Origin: Candidatus Pacearchaeota archaeon | GTDB taxonomy: Archaea; Nanobdellota; Nanobdellia; Pacearchaeales; GW2011-AR1 | Reading direction: 5' to 3' | DNA: 34,002 nucleotides | Assembly: GCA_023142835.1 (NCBI GenBank) | Contig: JAGLIS010000010.1 | Span: forward strand, 1 to 34,002 | Part shown: positions 9,890 through 18,806 of the stretch, one piece after another | Numbering within the stretch: the first letter of the stretch is position 1 | Layout: the number at the start of each line of letters is the position of its first letter | Position numbers and translations under genes: made by a program | The notes under the pieces: generated by a model | The model's input: the letters and a program-made list of their open reading frames with translations, nothing else | Told to the model about the DNA's origin: nothing | Database searches by the model: none

Positions 9890-10834
9890 TTATGTATCCC
9901 AAATAGGATCATAGGGCTTTTTAGTTACATGAACTTGTGAAATATCTCCAGGCCAGTTGTTTAGAGCTAATGGGGTTTCAAAAGGTTTTCCTTCATTAAT
10001 AGGTAATCCACTTAGTCTCGTCTTCGGTGCAACAAAGTAGGTACAATCGCGATATTCGTTTGAATCAGCAAGTACATTTTCAATAGATGAATAAGTTGTT
10101 TTTGGTTTATCTTCTTTACCTTCTTCAAAAAAGGTATGTGTGGGGAAATTTATATGATCCCAATGTTTATAAAATTTTGCAGGTTCTAAAAATTCAACCA
10201 TTCCTCCATCTTTTGAACCTCCAGAAAGAACCCAATTAACTGAATCTTTTAGAGTTTGTCTTCCGAAACTCACATATGTGCTATGAGGTCCAACAATCAT
10301 CAGAGACATAAATTCTGGCCAAGCCACACTATAAGTAGTCTTAAGTCCCGAAACCTGAGACCACACAAATTCATTAAAAAGTTTTGATTTATTTTCTTTT
10401 AGTCTATTTGTCAATTTTTGATATTCTGGAAGAATACTATTAACCTTTTTGATATATGTTTGTATATCATCTCGAGGGTTTTTTCTTAATACTTTAGATA
10501 TTAACGCAAATTTTTCAAGTGGAGATTTTTCATTAGCTATATCTTTTATTTCTGTTATTAAATATGGTGTATATGGAAATGTAATGTCCTCAAATTTTGG
10601 AACATCTGTTTTTGAATAATCTAATTGAAGGTTTGATGGTTTTACTTTTTCATGAGCAAGTCTTAATTCATCTAAAGCTGCAAACTGTCCTTCGTCGAAT
10701 AATTTATTTAGAAAATCTTGATACTTAGGAAGTATTTCCACTATTCGTTTTTCACGACTTCCAACAGATTCAATCATAGGCTTTAAAGCTCCAGCGATTT
10801 TACAATATTGATTAGTTTGATGTGAATTTACCAT
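9890..10834 (-). CDS. Hypothetical protein
   Basis: 314-aa ORF with TTTATAAA about 24 nt upstream; no family recognised. Confidence 0.75.
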   Translation of the reverse strand: MVNSHQTNQYCKIAGALKPMIESVGSREKRIVEILPKYQDFLNKLFDEGQFAALDELRLAHEKVKPSNLQLDYSKTDVPKFEDITFPYTPYLITEIKDIANEKSPLEKFALISKVLRKNPRDDIQTYIKKVNSILPEYQKLTNRLKENKSKLFNEFVWSQVSGLKTTYSVAWPEFMSLMIVGPHSTYVSFGRQTLKDSVNWVLSGGSKDGGMVEFLEPAKFYKHWDHINFPTHTFFEEGKEDKPKTTYSSIENVLADSNEYRDCTYFVAPKTRLSGLPINEGKPFETPLALNNWPGDISQVHVTKKPYDPIWDT

Positions 10835-11076
10835 GCGACAATAAAAAATTATATAATTTATAAATCTTTAGGTTGATAACTACTATTTAATGGTAAGATT
10901 CAAATTCGAAAATTTAAAATTTTCTCTTTTTCTTCTTAGGTCTTTCTTTCGATTTTGGCTAACAAAGATTAAATAACCTAGTACCATCAAATAGGTAAGA
11001 AATTGTAATTAATGCGGTTTAGGTCAGAGATTTACGCTTATGTAAATTTTATAAAGGAAGTTTTCATGCGAATATT

Positions 11077-11478
11077 ATGGATTATGAGTCTTTATTAGAT
11101 AATGCGTATGAAAAAATCGAGCCGGTTGAAGAATCTGGGAGGTTTGAGGTTTTGAAGGTGAAGGGACATCATGAGGGTACAAAAACTATTATTACTAATT
11201 TTGGACAGGTAGTTAGTCATGTTCGTAGAAATCCTGAACATTTGATGAAATTTTTAAATAAGGAACTTGCGAGTTCTAGTGAGATAAGCGGGGATAGGTT
11301 AATTCTGTCAAGGAAACTCTCTTCAACAGATATTAATGATAGGATTGAAAAGTATGTTAAACGGTTTGTACTCTGTCCAAAATGTAAAAAACCTGATACG
11401 GAATTGGAGAGTTCAGGGGGGAAAGTTTTTTTAAAGTGTCTTGCTTGTGGGGAGAGATATGAAGTTCATAAGATTTGA
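11077..11478 (+). CDS. eif2b: Translation initiation factor aIF-2 beta subunit
   Basis: YESLLDNAY, RFE, GTKTIITNF, CPKCKKPDT...CLACG. Confidence 0.95.
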   Translation: MDYESLLDNAYEKIEPVEESGRFEVLKVKGHHEGTKTIITNFGQVVSHVRRNPEHLMKFLNKELASSSEISGDRLILSRKLSSTDINDRIEKYVKRFVLCPKCKKPDTELESSGGKVFLKCLACGERYEVHKI

Positions 11479-11514
11479 TTGTAAATACCAAAACTAAATT
11501 GATGGAGGAAAAAT

Positions 11515-11703
11515 ATGGAAGGATATTGTGTTAAGTGTAAAGAAAAGAAAGAAATGAAAGACGTTAAGATGACGCAGACCGCTCGTGGAGGTTACATGGG
11601 CAAGGGTAATTGCAGTAGCTGTGGTTGCGGAATGTGCCGAATTATGTCTAAAGACAACGCTGAAAAAGCGGTCGCAGATGGTTCAGCTGAAAAAGCATAC
11701 TAA
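11515..11703 (+). CDS. Small zinc-ribbon protein, DUF5679-like
   Basis: YCVKCKEKKEM...GNCSSCGCGM; GGAGG RBS upstream. Confidence 0.75.
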   Translation: MEGYCVKCKEKKEMKDVKMTQTARGGYMGKGNCSSCGCGMCRIMSKDNAEKAVADGSAEKAY

Positions 11704-11712
11704 ATCAATTAT

Positions 11713-11731
11713 TCCCCTTAAGGGGATTTTT
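11713..11731 (+). terminator. Palindrome followed by T-run
   Basis: TCCCCTTAAGGGGA perfect palindrome followed by TTTTT, 10 nt after the stop codon. Confidence 0.5.
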
Positions 11732-11744
11732 AATTTTTAATTTT

Positions 11745-11785
11745 GTATTACAGCAGTTATCCAAATCTGAGTTGGACAACTACCT
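11745..11785 (+). repeat. Degenerate attC-like hairpin
   Basis: GTATTAC-AGCA-GTTATCCAA-ATCTGAG-TTGGACAAC; same core-N4-arm layout as the other sites; mismatches are G.T on the minus strand; right core is lost. Confidence 0.4.
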
Positions 11786-11913
11786 TTTTCAATCTAAAAC
11801 GTTTCAAAAACTACATCTATTTTAAAAAATCGGCAAATTGAAAACTCTTCGGAATTTTTAATTTCGTCAAAACCGCTTGCAATTATTCTTCGTCCTCACC
11901 TTCGACTCGGATT

Positions 11914-11989
11914 CCTTAACATCTATTCAACCTCCGCCTCACCCTTCAGGGAAATTGCTTCGGCAACTTCTTTGAACTTATTGTTAATT
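11914..11989 (+). repeat. attC-like recombination site
   Basis: CCTTAAC-ATCT-ATTCAA...(two internal hairpins with TTC/GAA loops)...TTGAAC-TTATT-GTTAATT. Confidence 0.65.
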
Positions 11990-12661
11990 CCAATAAAAAA
12001 TCGGCTTAATATAGAAAGGACAGGATTTCCAACACATATCTAAGGTATAAAAAATCTCTTTTCAGGTTGCTTAGATTGTTTGTATATTCTTTCTGCTTTT
12101 AAAAAAGTATTATTTTTGTATCCCCGCTCCAACCAAGGCATTAAACCTCTTGCATTCAGAGCATATAAAGATCCCAATTGTGCTATTACTTCTTTATCAT
12201 CGACTTCTTTTAGATTTATTTTTACGCCTTGTTCTTCAAATAATCTGTCAGTAAGAGCATCTAATTGTCCAAGATAATCCAATACATGTGTTTCTTCATG
12301 ACTCCTGTTCTGAATATCTGATTTTTTTGTTGATCTTTCAAGATAAAAAATATGCAAATTAAATCCTTCTTCATAATATTTTCCAATTGCATATATATAT
12401 TCATCTGCATTATAATTTGAATTATCTAAACCATATAATTTATCTACTTTCATAATTGTATCAAGGATAGAATCAACATACCCATCATCATGATACTTGT
12501 ATGATCCTGATGGCACAGTAAATCCTAATACTTGAAAACGTGCTTTATTCATAGTTATAAGATTATAATTATTATTTATAAATATTTATATTTATCAGTC
12601 ATTTAATAGTAGTAAAGCAATCCTACCCTTAACTAAAACCTAATTTCTCTTAATCCTAAAA
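11984..12661. mobile_element. Decayed integron-like cassette 1
   Basis: Starts at G|TTAA with a 25-nt motif 21/25 identical to the cassette 3 start; ends in TTCTCTTAATCCT (12645-12657), identical to 25922-25934; right boundary approximate. Confidence 0.55.
12040..12552 (-). CDS. Hypothetical protein with HExxH motif (possible zincin-like metallopeptidase)
   Basis: SHEETH motif with downstream KEVIA; 170 aa; TATA upstream. Confidence 0.6.
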   Translation of the reverse strand: MNKARFQVLGFTVPSGSYKYHDDGYVDSILDTIMKVDKLYGLDNSNYNADEYIYAIGKYYEEGFNLHIFYLERSTKKSDIQNRSHEETHVLDYLGQLDALTDRLFEEQGVKINLKEVDDKEVIAQLGSLYALNARGLMPWLERGYKNNTFLKAERIYKQSKQPEKRFFIP

Positions 12662-12717
12662 TTATAAAGTGAACCTATACACGATTATTTTATAAACTGT
12701 ATAATTTTTCTGTTACC

Positions 12718-13026
12718 ATGAGTAAAGATATTCTAGTGAAAGTTCATAAGTCTTATAGGTGGGTTGTAGCGGTTTGTGACGAGGAGCTTTTAGGACGAAA
12801 ACTAATCGAGGGGAAAAGAGCTTTAGATATATCTGGAAATTTTTTCAAAGGTGAAGCAATGAATTATCAAGATGCGAAGGAAGAAATTTCTCGATGCAAT
12901 GACGAGGACGCAACATTTAATTTCGTAGGAAACAGATCAGTTGAGGTAGCAAAAGAATTAGGAATCGTGAATGACGAGAGTATCATAGAAATCGAAGGGA
13001 TCCCTTTCGCATTAGCACTTCTCTAG
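12718..13026 (+). CDS. DUF424 family protein
   Basis: VVAVCDEELLG, FFKGE, ATFNFVGNRSV, IEGIPFA. Confidence 0.9.
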   Translation: MSKDILVKVHKSYRWVVAVCDEELLGRKLIEGKRALDISGNFFKGEAMNYQDAKEEISRCNDEDATFNFVGNRSVEVAKELGIVNDESIIEIEGIPFALALL

Positions 13027-13063
13027 TGTGAAGTTTTATAAACGAATTTTAGCTGAGTTATAT

Positions 13064-13420
13064 ATGGCGTTTAGCAAATTTAAAGATAAATCAAAAAAAA
13101 ATAAAGCAAAAGTTTTAGTACCTGGGCAGGAAAGCTCAAGTTGGGTAAGGTTGCCCCGTGACAGAGAAGTAATAGGAATTATTACACAAAGATGTGGAGG
13201 TTCGCGAATGATAGTCTCGTGCATGGATGGAAAGACACGAAATTGCAAAGTACCTGGTAGAAACAGGCGAGGACTTTGGATAAGGGAAGGCGACGCAATA
13301 ATTATTGAACCTTGGGAATTTGACGAAGATAAAGGAGATGTTTTATTTAAATACACTCCAAATCAAGTCGTAAAGTTAAAATCGATGGGCAAGTTAGACA
13401 GCGGGAAAAGCGAATTTTAA
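13064..13420 (+). CDS. eif1a: Translation initiation factor aIF-1A
   Basis: VRLP...GGSRMIVSCMDGKTRNCKVPG...LWIREGD...PWEF; ATG at 13064. Confidence 0.95.
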   Translation: MAFSKFKDKSKKNKAKVLVPGQESSSWVRLPRDREVIGIITQRCGGSRMIVSCMDGKTRNCKVPGRNRRGLWIREGDAIIIEPWEFDEDKGDVLFKYTPNQVVKLKSMGKLDSGKSEF

Positions 13421-13454
13421 TTAATCTTATAAACATCTATTCTTTTTATATATC

Positions 13455-13979
13455 ATGAGAAACATAAAAGTTGAGAAAATGAATAAGATTAAGAAAGCCG
13501 TGCCAAGGATTGAAGAAAAAATTAAAATTAAAATTTCTTTCCAAAAAAATCAGATTACAATTAAAGGTTCGGAGCTTAACGAATACTTAGTTGAAAAGAT
13601 TGTACAGGCTATAGCTTTCGGGTTTGATGTTGAAGACGCCTTGTTGTTGAAAAATGAGGATTTTGTTCTAGAGTTTATTGATATCAAAAGCCATACTCAT
13701 CGAAAGAACCTAAAAGAAGTTCGGGCAAGAGTTATCGGAACCGGGGGAAAGGCAAGAAAGACAATCGAGAATCTTACAGGGGCAGTTATTGTCATCCAAG
13801 TTAATAGAATGGGAGTTATTGTTGACAGCGAACACCTTGACTCAGCCACCCAAGCAATCATATCTTTAATCCAAGGGGCAAAGCACGGAAATGTTTTTGC
13901 ATACCTAGAAAAGCAAAATGTCTCCCGACGAAAGTTTAGGGGAGAAGATTTGGGATTAAAGAAAGGAATCGAAGAATAG
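13455..13979 (+). CDS. KH-domain pre-rRNA processing protein Dim2/Pno1
   Basis: AIAFGFDVEDAL, RARVIGTGGKARKTIENLT, LIQGAKHGNVFAYLE. Confidence 0.9.
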   Translation: MRNIKVEKMNKIKKAVPRIEEKIKIKISFQKNQITIKGSELNEYLVEKIVQAIAFGFDVEDALLLKNEDFVLEFIDIKSHTHRKNLKEVRARVIGTGGKARKTIENLTGAVIVIQVNRMGVIVDSEHLDSATQAIISLIQGAKHGNVFAYLEKQNVSRRKFRGEDLGLKKGIEE

Positions 13980-14094
13980 ACCCCAAATATTTTATAGGAC
14001 AAGTTTTAAAAATGGTTTAAATTTCTAGTTATTATTGCTTCTACCCGAAGCTTAAATTAAAAATTTATAAGGGTAGAAAGTTTGCAAATCCAAA

Positions 14095-14167
14095 GCTTCG
14101 GTAGCTCAGCAGGTAGAGCGCACGGCTGTTAACCGTGTTGTCGGAGGTTCGAGTCCTCCCCGAAGCG
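14095..14167 (+). tRNA. tRNA-Asn (GTT)
   Basis: Acceptor GCTTCGG/CCGAAGC, D arm GCTC/GAGC, anticodon arm CACGG-CTGTTAA-CCGTG, T arm GGAGG-TTCGAGT-CCTCC, discriminator G; CCA not encoded. Confidence 0.97.
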
Positions 14168-14430
14168 TTTTTATTTGAATCTGAGACAAGTCGGAGGCGA
14201 AGGATTCGCTTCGAGCAATACTAAATTCTAAATATCCTTTTGTAAAATGTTAATTGTGAATAGAGTCCTCCTCGACGATTTTGTTTTTGAATTTAATTTT
14301 TCTGATTGATTCTTCAAAATATCGCTTATTTTTATTAAAATCATGTTGTTATTATCAAATTAAACGATAAGTTTATAAAAAGACTACTTAATTTATTGGT
14401 ATAAAATTTAAAAATTAGAAAAATTTAAAA

Positions 14431-15666
14431 ATGGAAAATATACTACACATCGCTCCACCAGTAATACCTGTTTCGGAAGATATATTATATGCAGGTACGG
14501 AAAGAATTGTTTTAGCATTAAATAAAATTTTTCACGAGCAAGGATATAATTCTTTTGTTGCCGCTTCAGGAGATTCAAATTTGGGTGATTATGGAACATT
14601 AATAAAAACTATTCCTCGAAGCCTTTGGAACGCGAAAGGTATAGAACGTGAAACTATACAATCTGAGAGATTCTATAGCGATCATTATAGGAAAAGTTTG
14701 GATTTTGCAATAGAAAATGAAATTCAAATTATTCAAGATCATCCAGGATTATATCTTATAGCATCTAAAGAATATAATAAACGAGAGGTAAATATACCTG
14801 TAGTCACCACAATTCATGGGGATGTTTCTGTTGAAAGAGAAGGAGAAATGTATGAGAAATTTAAAGGATTACAGGATGGGAAAAACCCTGTTTCTTTTGT
14901 ATGTATAAGTAATTCTCAAAAAGAGAGGTATGAAAATTTAGCAGGTATAAAAATTGATAAAATGATTTATAATGGAGTTCCAACAGACGAACTTCAATTT
15001 AATGATAGGAAACAAAATTATCTCTTATGGCTCGGGAGAGTTTCTTCTATAAAAGGAACAGATTTGGCAGTTAAGGTAGCACAAGAGACTGGAATTCCAC
15101 TAATTATTGCTGGAGAGGTTCATACCCCTGATAAAAAATTTTATGAGTCTAAGATTGAACCTTATTTAACTAATTCAATAACAAGTGGAAGTCTTAGGGA
15201 TCAAAAGATTAAAAGGCAAGATTTAATAGAGCGATTAAGAGAAGGAGATCAAATTGTTGGAGACGGAGAAATATTTTTTATTGGTCCAGTTAATAATCAT
15301 CAGAAATCGGTTTTATATGGTAATGCAACAACACTATTGCAACCAAATCGATGGGATGAGCCATTTGGGCTTGTTATGGCAGAGGCACTGGCTACTGGAA
15401 CTCCAGTTATAGGGACTTACACAGGTTCAATTCCAGAAGTAGTTAAGGAAAATATAACAGGGTACATAATCAGGCCTGATTGGAAAGATAATAATAAGTT
15501 AAATGGGTTTAATGAGGAATCAATGGTAAGAGATTTGGTTTCTGCAGTTGATAAAATTAAAAAGATTAATCCTTATGATTGTAGAAAAGATGCTGAAGAG
15601 AGATTTGGTCAAGAGGTTATGGGAAAAAATTACTTGGAATTTTATAAAGAGATATTAAGCAGATAA
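14431..15666 (+). CDS. GT4 family glycosyltransferase
   Basis: YAGTERIV, VVTTIHG, IYNGV, WLGRVSSIKG, WDEPFGLVMAEALATGTPVI. Confidence 0.9.
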   Translation: MENILHIAPPVIPVSEDILYAGTERIVLALNKIFHEQGYNSFVAASGDSNLGDYGTLIKTIPRSLWNAKGIERETIQSERFYSDHYRKSLDFAIENEIQIIQDHPGLYLIASKEYNKREVNIPVVTTIHGDVSVEREGEMYEKFKGLQDGKNPVSFVCISNSQKERYENLAGIKIDKMIYNGVPTDELQFNDRKQNYLLWLGRVSSIKGTDLAVKVAQETGIPLIIAGEVHTPDKKFYESKIEPYLTNSITSGSLRDQKIKRQDLIERLREGDQIVGDGEIFFIGPVNNHQKSVLYGNATTLLQPNRWDEPFGLVMAEALATGTPVIGTYTGSIPEVVKENITGYIIRPDWKDNNKLNGFNEESMVRDLVSAVDKIKKINPYDCRKDAEERFGQEVMGKNYLEFYKEILSR

Positions 15667-15695
15667 TTTATAAACTTCCCCAACCTCGTTATCCC

Positions 15696-16262
15696 ATGCA
15701 ATTACAAGATGCTATAAAAAAGAGGAAAAGTGTAAGGAGATATTTTGATAAAAAACCTGATTGGAGAAAAATTATTCGGGCTATTGATATGGCAAGATTT
15801 GCTCCAAGTGCTGGGAATAATTTTGTGTTAAGATTTATTTTGGTTTCAGATGAAAAGAAAATTGCGAAATTGGCTGAGGCCGCGCAACAGGATTTTGTTG
15901 GGACTGCAAAGTATGTCGTAGTGGCTGTTAGTGATGATTCTAAATTAGTCAGAAGTTACGGGGATAAAGGTGTTCGTTATGCTCCGCAACAAGCAGGTGC
16001 GTCTATCCAAAATTTTTTACTCGCATTAACGGAGCAGGACTTAGTCACCACTTGGGTAGGTCATTTTTATGATGAACAAGTTAAGGAAGTATTAGATATT
16101 CCTGAAAACTTATCTGTTGAGGGGATTTTCCCTATTGGAAAGGAGACTAAGGTTAAAACTTCTGAAAAACGAAAAATAGATTTAGAAAATATTCTTTATT
16201 TTGATAAGTGGAAAAATAGAAAGATGACGCCTCAGACTATTGTTAGTGTGGAAGGGGTTTAA
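15696..16262 (+). CDS. Nitroreductase family protein
   Basis: IKKRKSVRRY, APSAGN, IQNFLLALTEQDLVTTWVG. Confidence 0.9.
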   Translation: MQLQDAIKKRKSVRRYFDKKPDWRKIIRAIDMARFAPSAGNNFVLRFILVSDEKKIAKLAEAAQQDFVGTAKYVVVAVSDDSKLVRSYGDKGVRYAPQQAGASIQNFLLALTEQDLVTTWVGHFYDEQVKEVLDIPENLSVEGIFPIGKETKVKTSEKRKIDLENILYFDKWKNRKMTPQTIVSVEGV

Positions 16263-16327
16263 TCTAAAAATTCTTATCCCCCTAAAAAACGGGGGAAAAT
16301 AAAAAAATAAAATAAAAATTATGTTGT

Positions 16328-17407
16328 TTAACTTAAATCATCTAAGCCAAGTTCGTTTACACTTATTGTGCTTTCATTATCGAAAGAACTAGAATTCTTT
16401 CCCAAGATATAAGGGGATTTTACTCCAGTCATAATTGTTATAACTCTTACTCTTCCTTGGAATTCTTTGTTAACTCTCGCTCCGATAATGACTTGTGCTT
16501 CTGGAGATAAATTTTCAGTTACAAGACGACCGATACTATCGAATTCTTCAAGCTTTAAATCTGGACCACACGTGATGTGAACTAATGCGCCTGTTGCTCC
16601 TCGATAATCTACATCTAATAACGGGTGTGTTAAAGCTTGTTGAACTGCAGCGTCTACTCGCGCGTTGGAATTATCCTCGCCGATACCGATAACCGCTACA
16701 TCTCCGTTCTTCATAATTGAAGAAACATCTGCATAGTCTAAGTTAATCAGTGAAGGTAGTGTGATTGTTTCGACAATACCTTTAATCATTGTAGATACAA
16801 GTTCATTCGCAACTGCAAAAGCCTGCTCCATTGGTAACTGACCTGCGATATCAACTAATCGATTATTGTCTAATACGATTACAGTATCTACAGCTTCTCT
16901 TAGTTCTTGAAGACCGAATTCCGCCTTATCAATTCTTGCTTTCTCAGCCTCGAAAGGCATTGTAACTACTGCGATAACTACCGCTCCTGCTTCCTTAGCT
17001 AGTTGAGCAACTACTGGAATAGCTCCTGTACCAGAACCTCCTCCCATTCCCGCTAGAACGAAAACCATATCCGAATTCGAAACAGCTTTCTTCAAGTCAG
17101 TAAGGGATTCTTTTGCAGCCTCTCTTCCTCGCTTAGGATAACCACCACATCCGAGACCTCTTGTCAGTTCTTTACCGATAAGAATTTTCTCGTCACATTT
17201 TGTAATTGATAAGTGAAGTGCGTCAGTGTTGACACCGTAAATCGTAGCACCATTAATACCTTTATTGAAAAGCCAAGTAGCCATGTTACATCCGCAACCG
17301 CCACATGCTAAAACTTTGATGTTAGCTTTTCCAGCTCTCAAATCATCAAAATTAATGGAATTTGCTTCTGCAGATTGTATAGCTTCTTTAGCAAAATCTA
17401 ATGTCAT
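16328..17407 (-). CDS. ftsZ: Cell division protein FtsZ (probably FtsZ2 clade)
   Basis: GGCGCN, NTDALHL, TRGLG, AGMGGGSGTG, LDNNRL, INLDYAD; GGAGG RBS. Confidence 0.95.
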   Translation of the reverse strand: MTLDFAKEAIQSAEANSINFDDLRAGKANIKVLACGGCGCNMATWLFNKGINGATIYGVNTDALHLSITKCDEKILIGKELTRGLGCGGYPKRGREAAKESLTDLKKAVSNSDMVFVLAGMGGGSGTGAIPVVAQLAKEAGAVVIAVVTMPFEAEKARIDKAEFGLQELREAVDTVIVLDNNRLVDIAGQLPMEQAFAVANELVSTMIKGIVETITLPSLINLDYADVSSIMKNGDVAVIGIGEDNSNARVDAAVQQALTHPLLDVDYRGATGALVHITCGPDLKLEEFDSIGRLVTENLSPEAQVIIGARVNKEFQGRVRVITIMTGVKSPYILGKNSSSFDNESTISVNELGLDDLS

Positions 17408-17558
17408 TTTCTTTTTTATTTAACCTCCTTTCAAATCTTTTAGTATGATAAGATTGGTATGATAGTTTCCTGAACTTTCTTTCAATGTATAGTTCATGTA
17501 ATTTGAAGATGTTTTTTATTTAAAAATATATATGTAGTTGGAAAGTTGTAATTAAATA

Positions 17559-18710
17559 TTAAGCGGCTCGTTTCCAGTTTTCTGTTAGGTTATGTCTATT
17601 AGATAATCCATCCAATATATATTTTAAATTAGTTGTTCTTGATTCAATTGCCTTATCTCCAACTCCTGAAAAAATTTCTAATGTTCCATTAGGTTTAACC
17701 CTGAAAGCTGTTGCAAAATTTATATTTTTTATTATTGTTTCATCCCTTGAGTTTTCAATAAAAGGATAATCAGGATTGGGTTCTAGTAGCGGATCTCTTA
17801 TTATTGAAATTATTTCATAGGTATTTGGATCAAATTCTACAACGGTGCTATTATAAAAATATTCTATTAAATTTCCTCTCCTTCTTTTTATTTTTTCAAC
17901 GCCATGGACGAGTCCAATTATTCTTCCGTCAATGTTAATAGGAGTTCCTCCAAGTCCAACTTTTTCTGATGCCCAATATTCTCCAGGGTATAAAATGGTT
18001 TGTTCTTCTAATTTTCCAAACGTGTCTACCCAGAAATCTTTAGTTTGTAAATCTTCAATTGAATTAAACGGTGTTGCCTGTACACTATCTCCAACCCTAT
18101 GAATAAGTATTGATTTTCCTTTAGGAGTATACACTATTGTTGCATCCTTATCCATTATATAGTCCTTTAAGTTAGAATTCTTTTTTCTTTTTTCTTGGAG
18201 TTCTTTATAAAATATTGAACCATAATAAGAATCTTTTCCTCCAGAAAATTTGATGCCTTCTTCTAGTCTAATTTGTGGACCGATTATTCCGCGTTTGTGT
18301 ATTTTTTTGAAATCGTCTGTTGTTGCTAATGCTATTCTTGCTCCGAGGTCTTCATTGAATGCCGTATAAATTATGTTAAAAGTTCCATTTTTTGATATTC
18401 GCGGATCTTCAACTCCATCGATTTCATATTCATGTTCTGGAGATAATATTACCCTGCCACTAGGGTATTCTTTTATTACAGATCTTTCTCCATAGTTATT
18501 TTTCCACTTTTCTCTTGCTCTATATAAAAATATATCATCATCTTTATCACCCCATAATGCAGGATTGCATACGGCAAGCTCTCCTTTTTTTTCATCTGGA
18601 GAAAGAAATATTGATTTTTTATCTCTTACAATTTCAACTAAGTTAGAATTACATGAATTTTGACGGGGGGGAGGTTCGTCGCTTAAGGTAGATTCCCCAT
18701 TTTCTTCCAT
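17559..18710 (-). CDS. GH130-like glycosidase / mannoside phosphorylase (beta-propeller)
   Basis: CNPA, LYRA, GVEDPRI, IIYTAF, DKDA, HRV, KVGLGGTPI, FSGVGD. Confidence 0.8.
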   Translation of the reverse strand: MEENGESTLSDEPPPRQNSCNSNLVEIVRDKKSIFLSPDEKKGELAVCNPALWGDKDDDIFLYRAREKWKNNYGERSVIKEYPSGRVILSPEHEYEIDGVEDPRISKNGTFNIIYTAFNEDLGARIALATTDDFKKIHKRGIIGPQIRLEEGIKFSGGKDSYYGSIFYKELQEKRKKNSNLKDYIMDKDATIVYTPKGKSILIHRVGDSVQATPFNSIEDLQTKDFWVDTFGKLEEQTILYPGEYWASEKVGLGGTPINIDGRIIGLVHGVEKIKRRRGNLIEYFYNSTVVEFDPNTYEIISIIRDPLLEPNPDYPFIENSRDETIIKNINFATAFRVKPNGTLEIFSGVGDKAIESRTTNLKYILDGLSNRHNLTENWKRAA

Positions 18711-18806
18711 AGCTTAAAAAATTCATGAAGGTTTATAAGTATAATGGTTCTCGATAAAATTTGTTTAGAGTTTATAAACAAACCTCTAGATTCATACAAA
18801 ATTAAA

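Noticed and set aside
11745-12005. Possible CRISPR array or tRNA in the hairpin-rich intergenic region
   Set aside because: No regularly spaced identical repeats, no cloverleaf, no cas genes.
17030-17056. FtsZ signature GGGSGTG instead of GGGTGTG as a sign of inactivation
   Set aside because: Conservative substitution; the other GTPase motifs, including the T7 loop NLDYAD, are intact.
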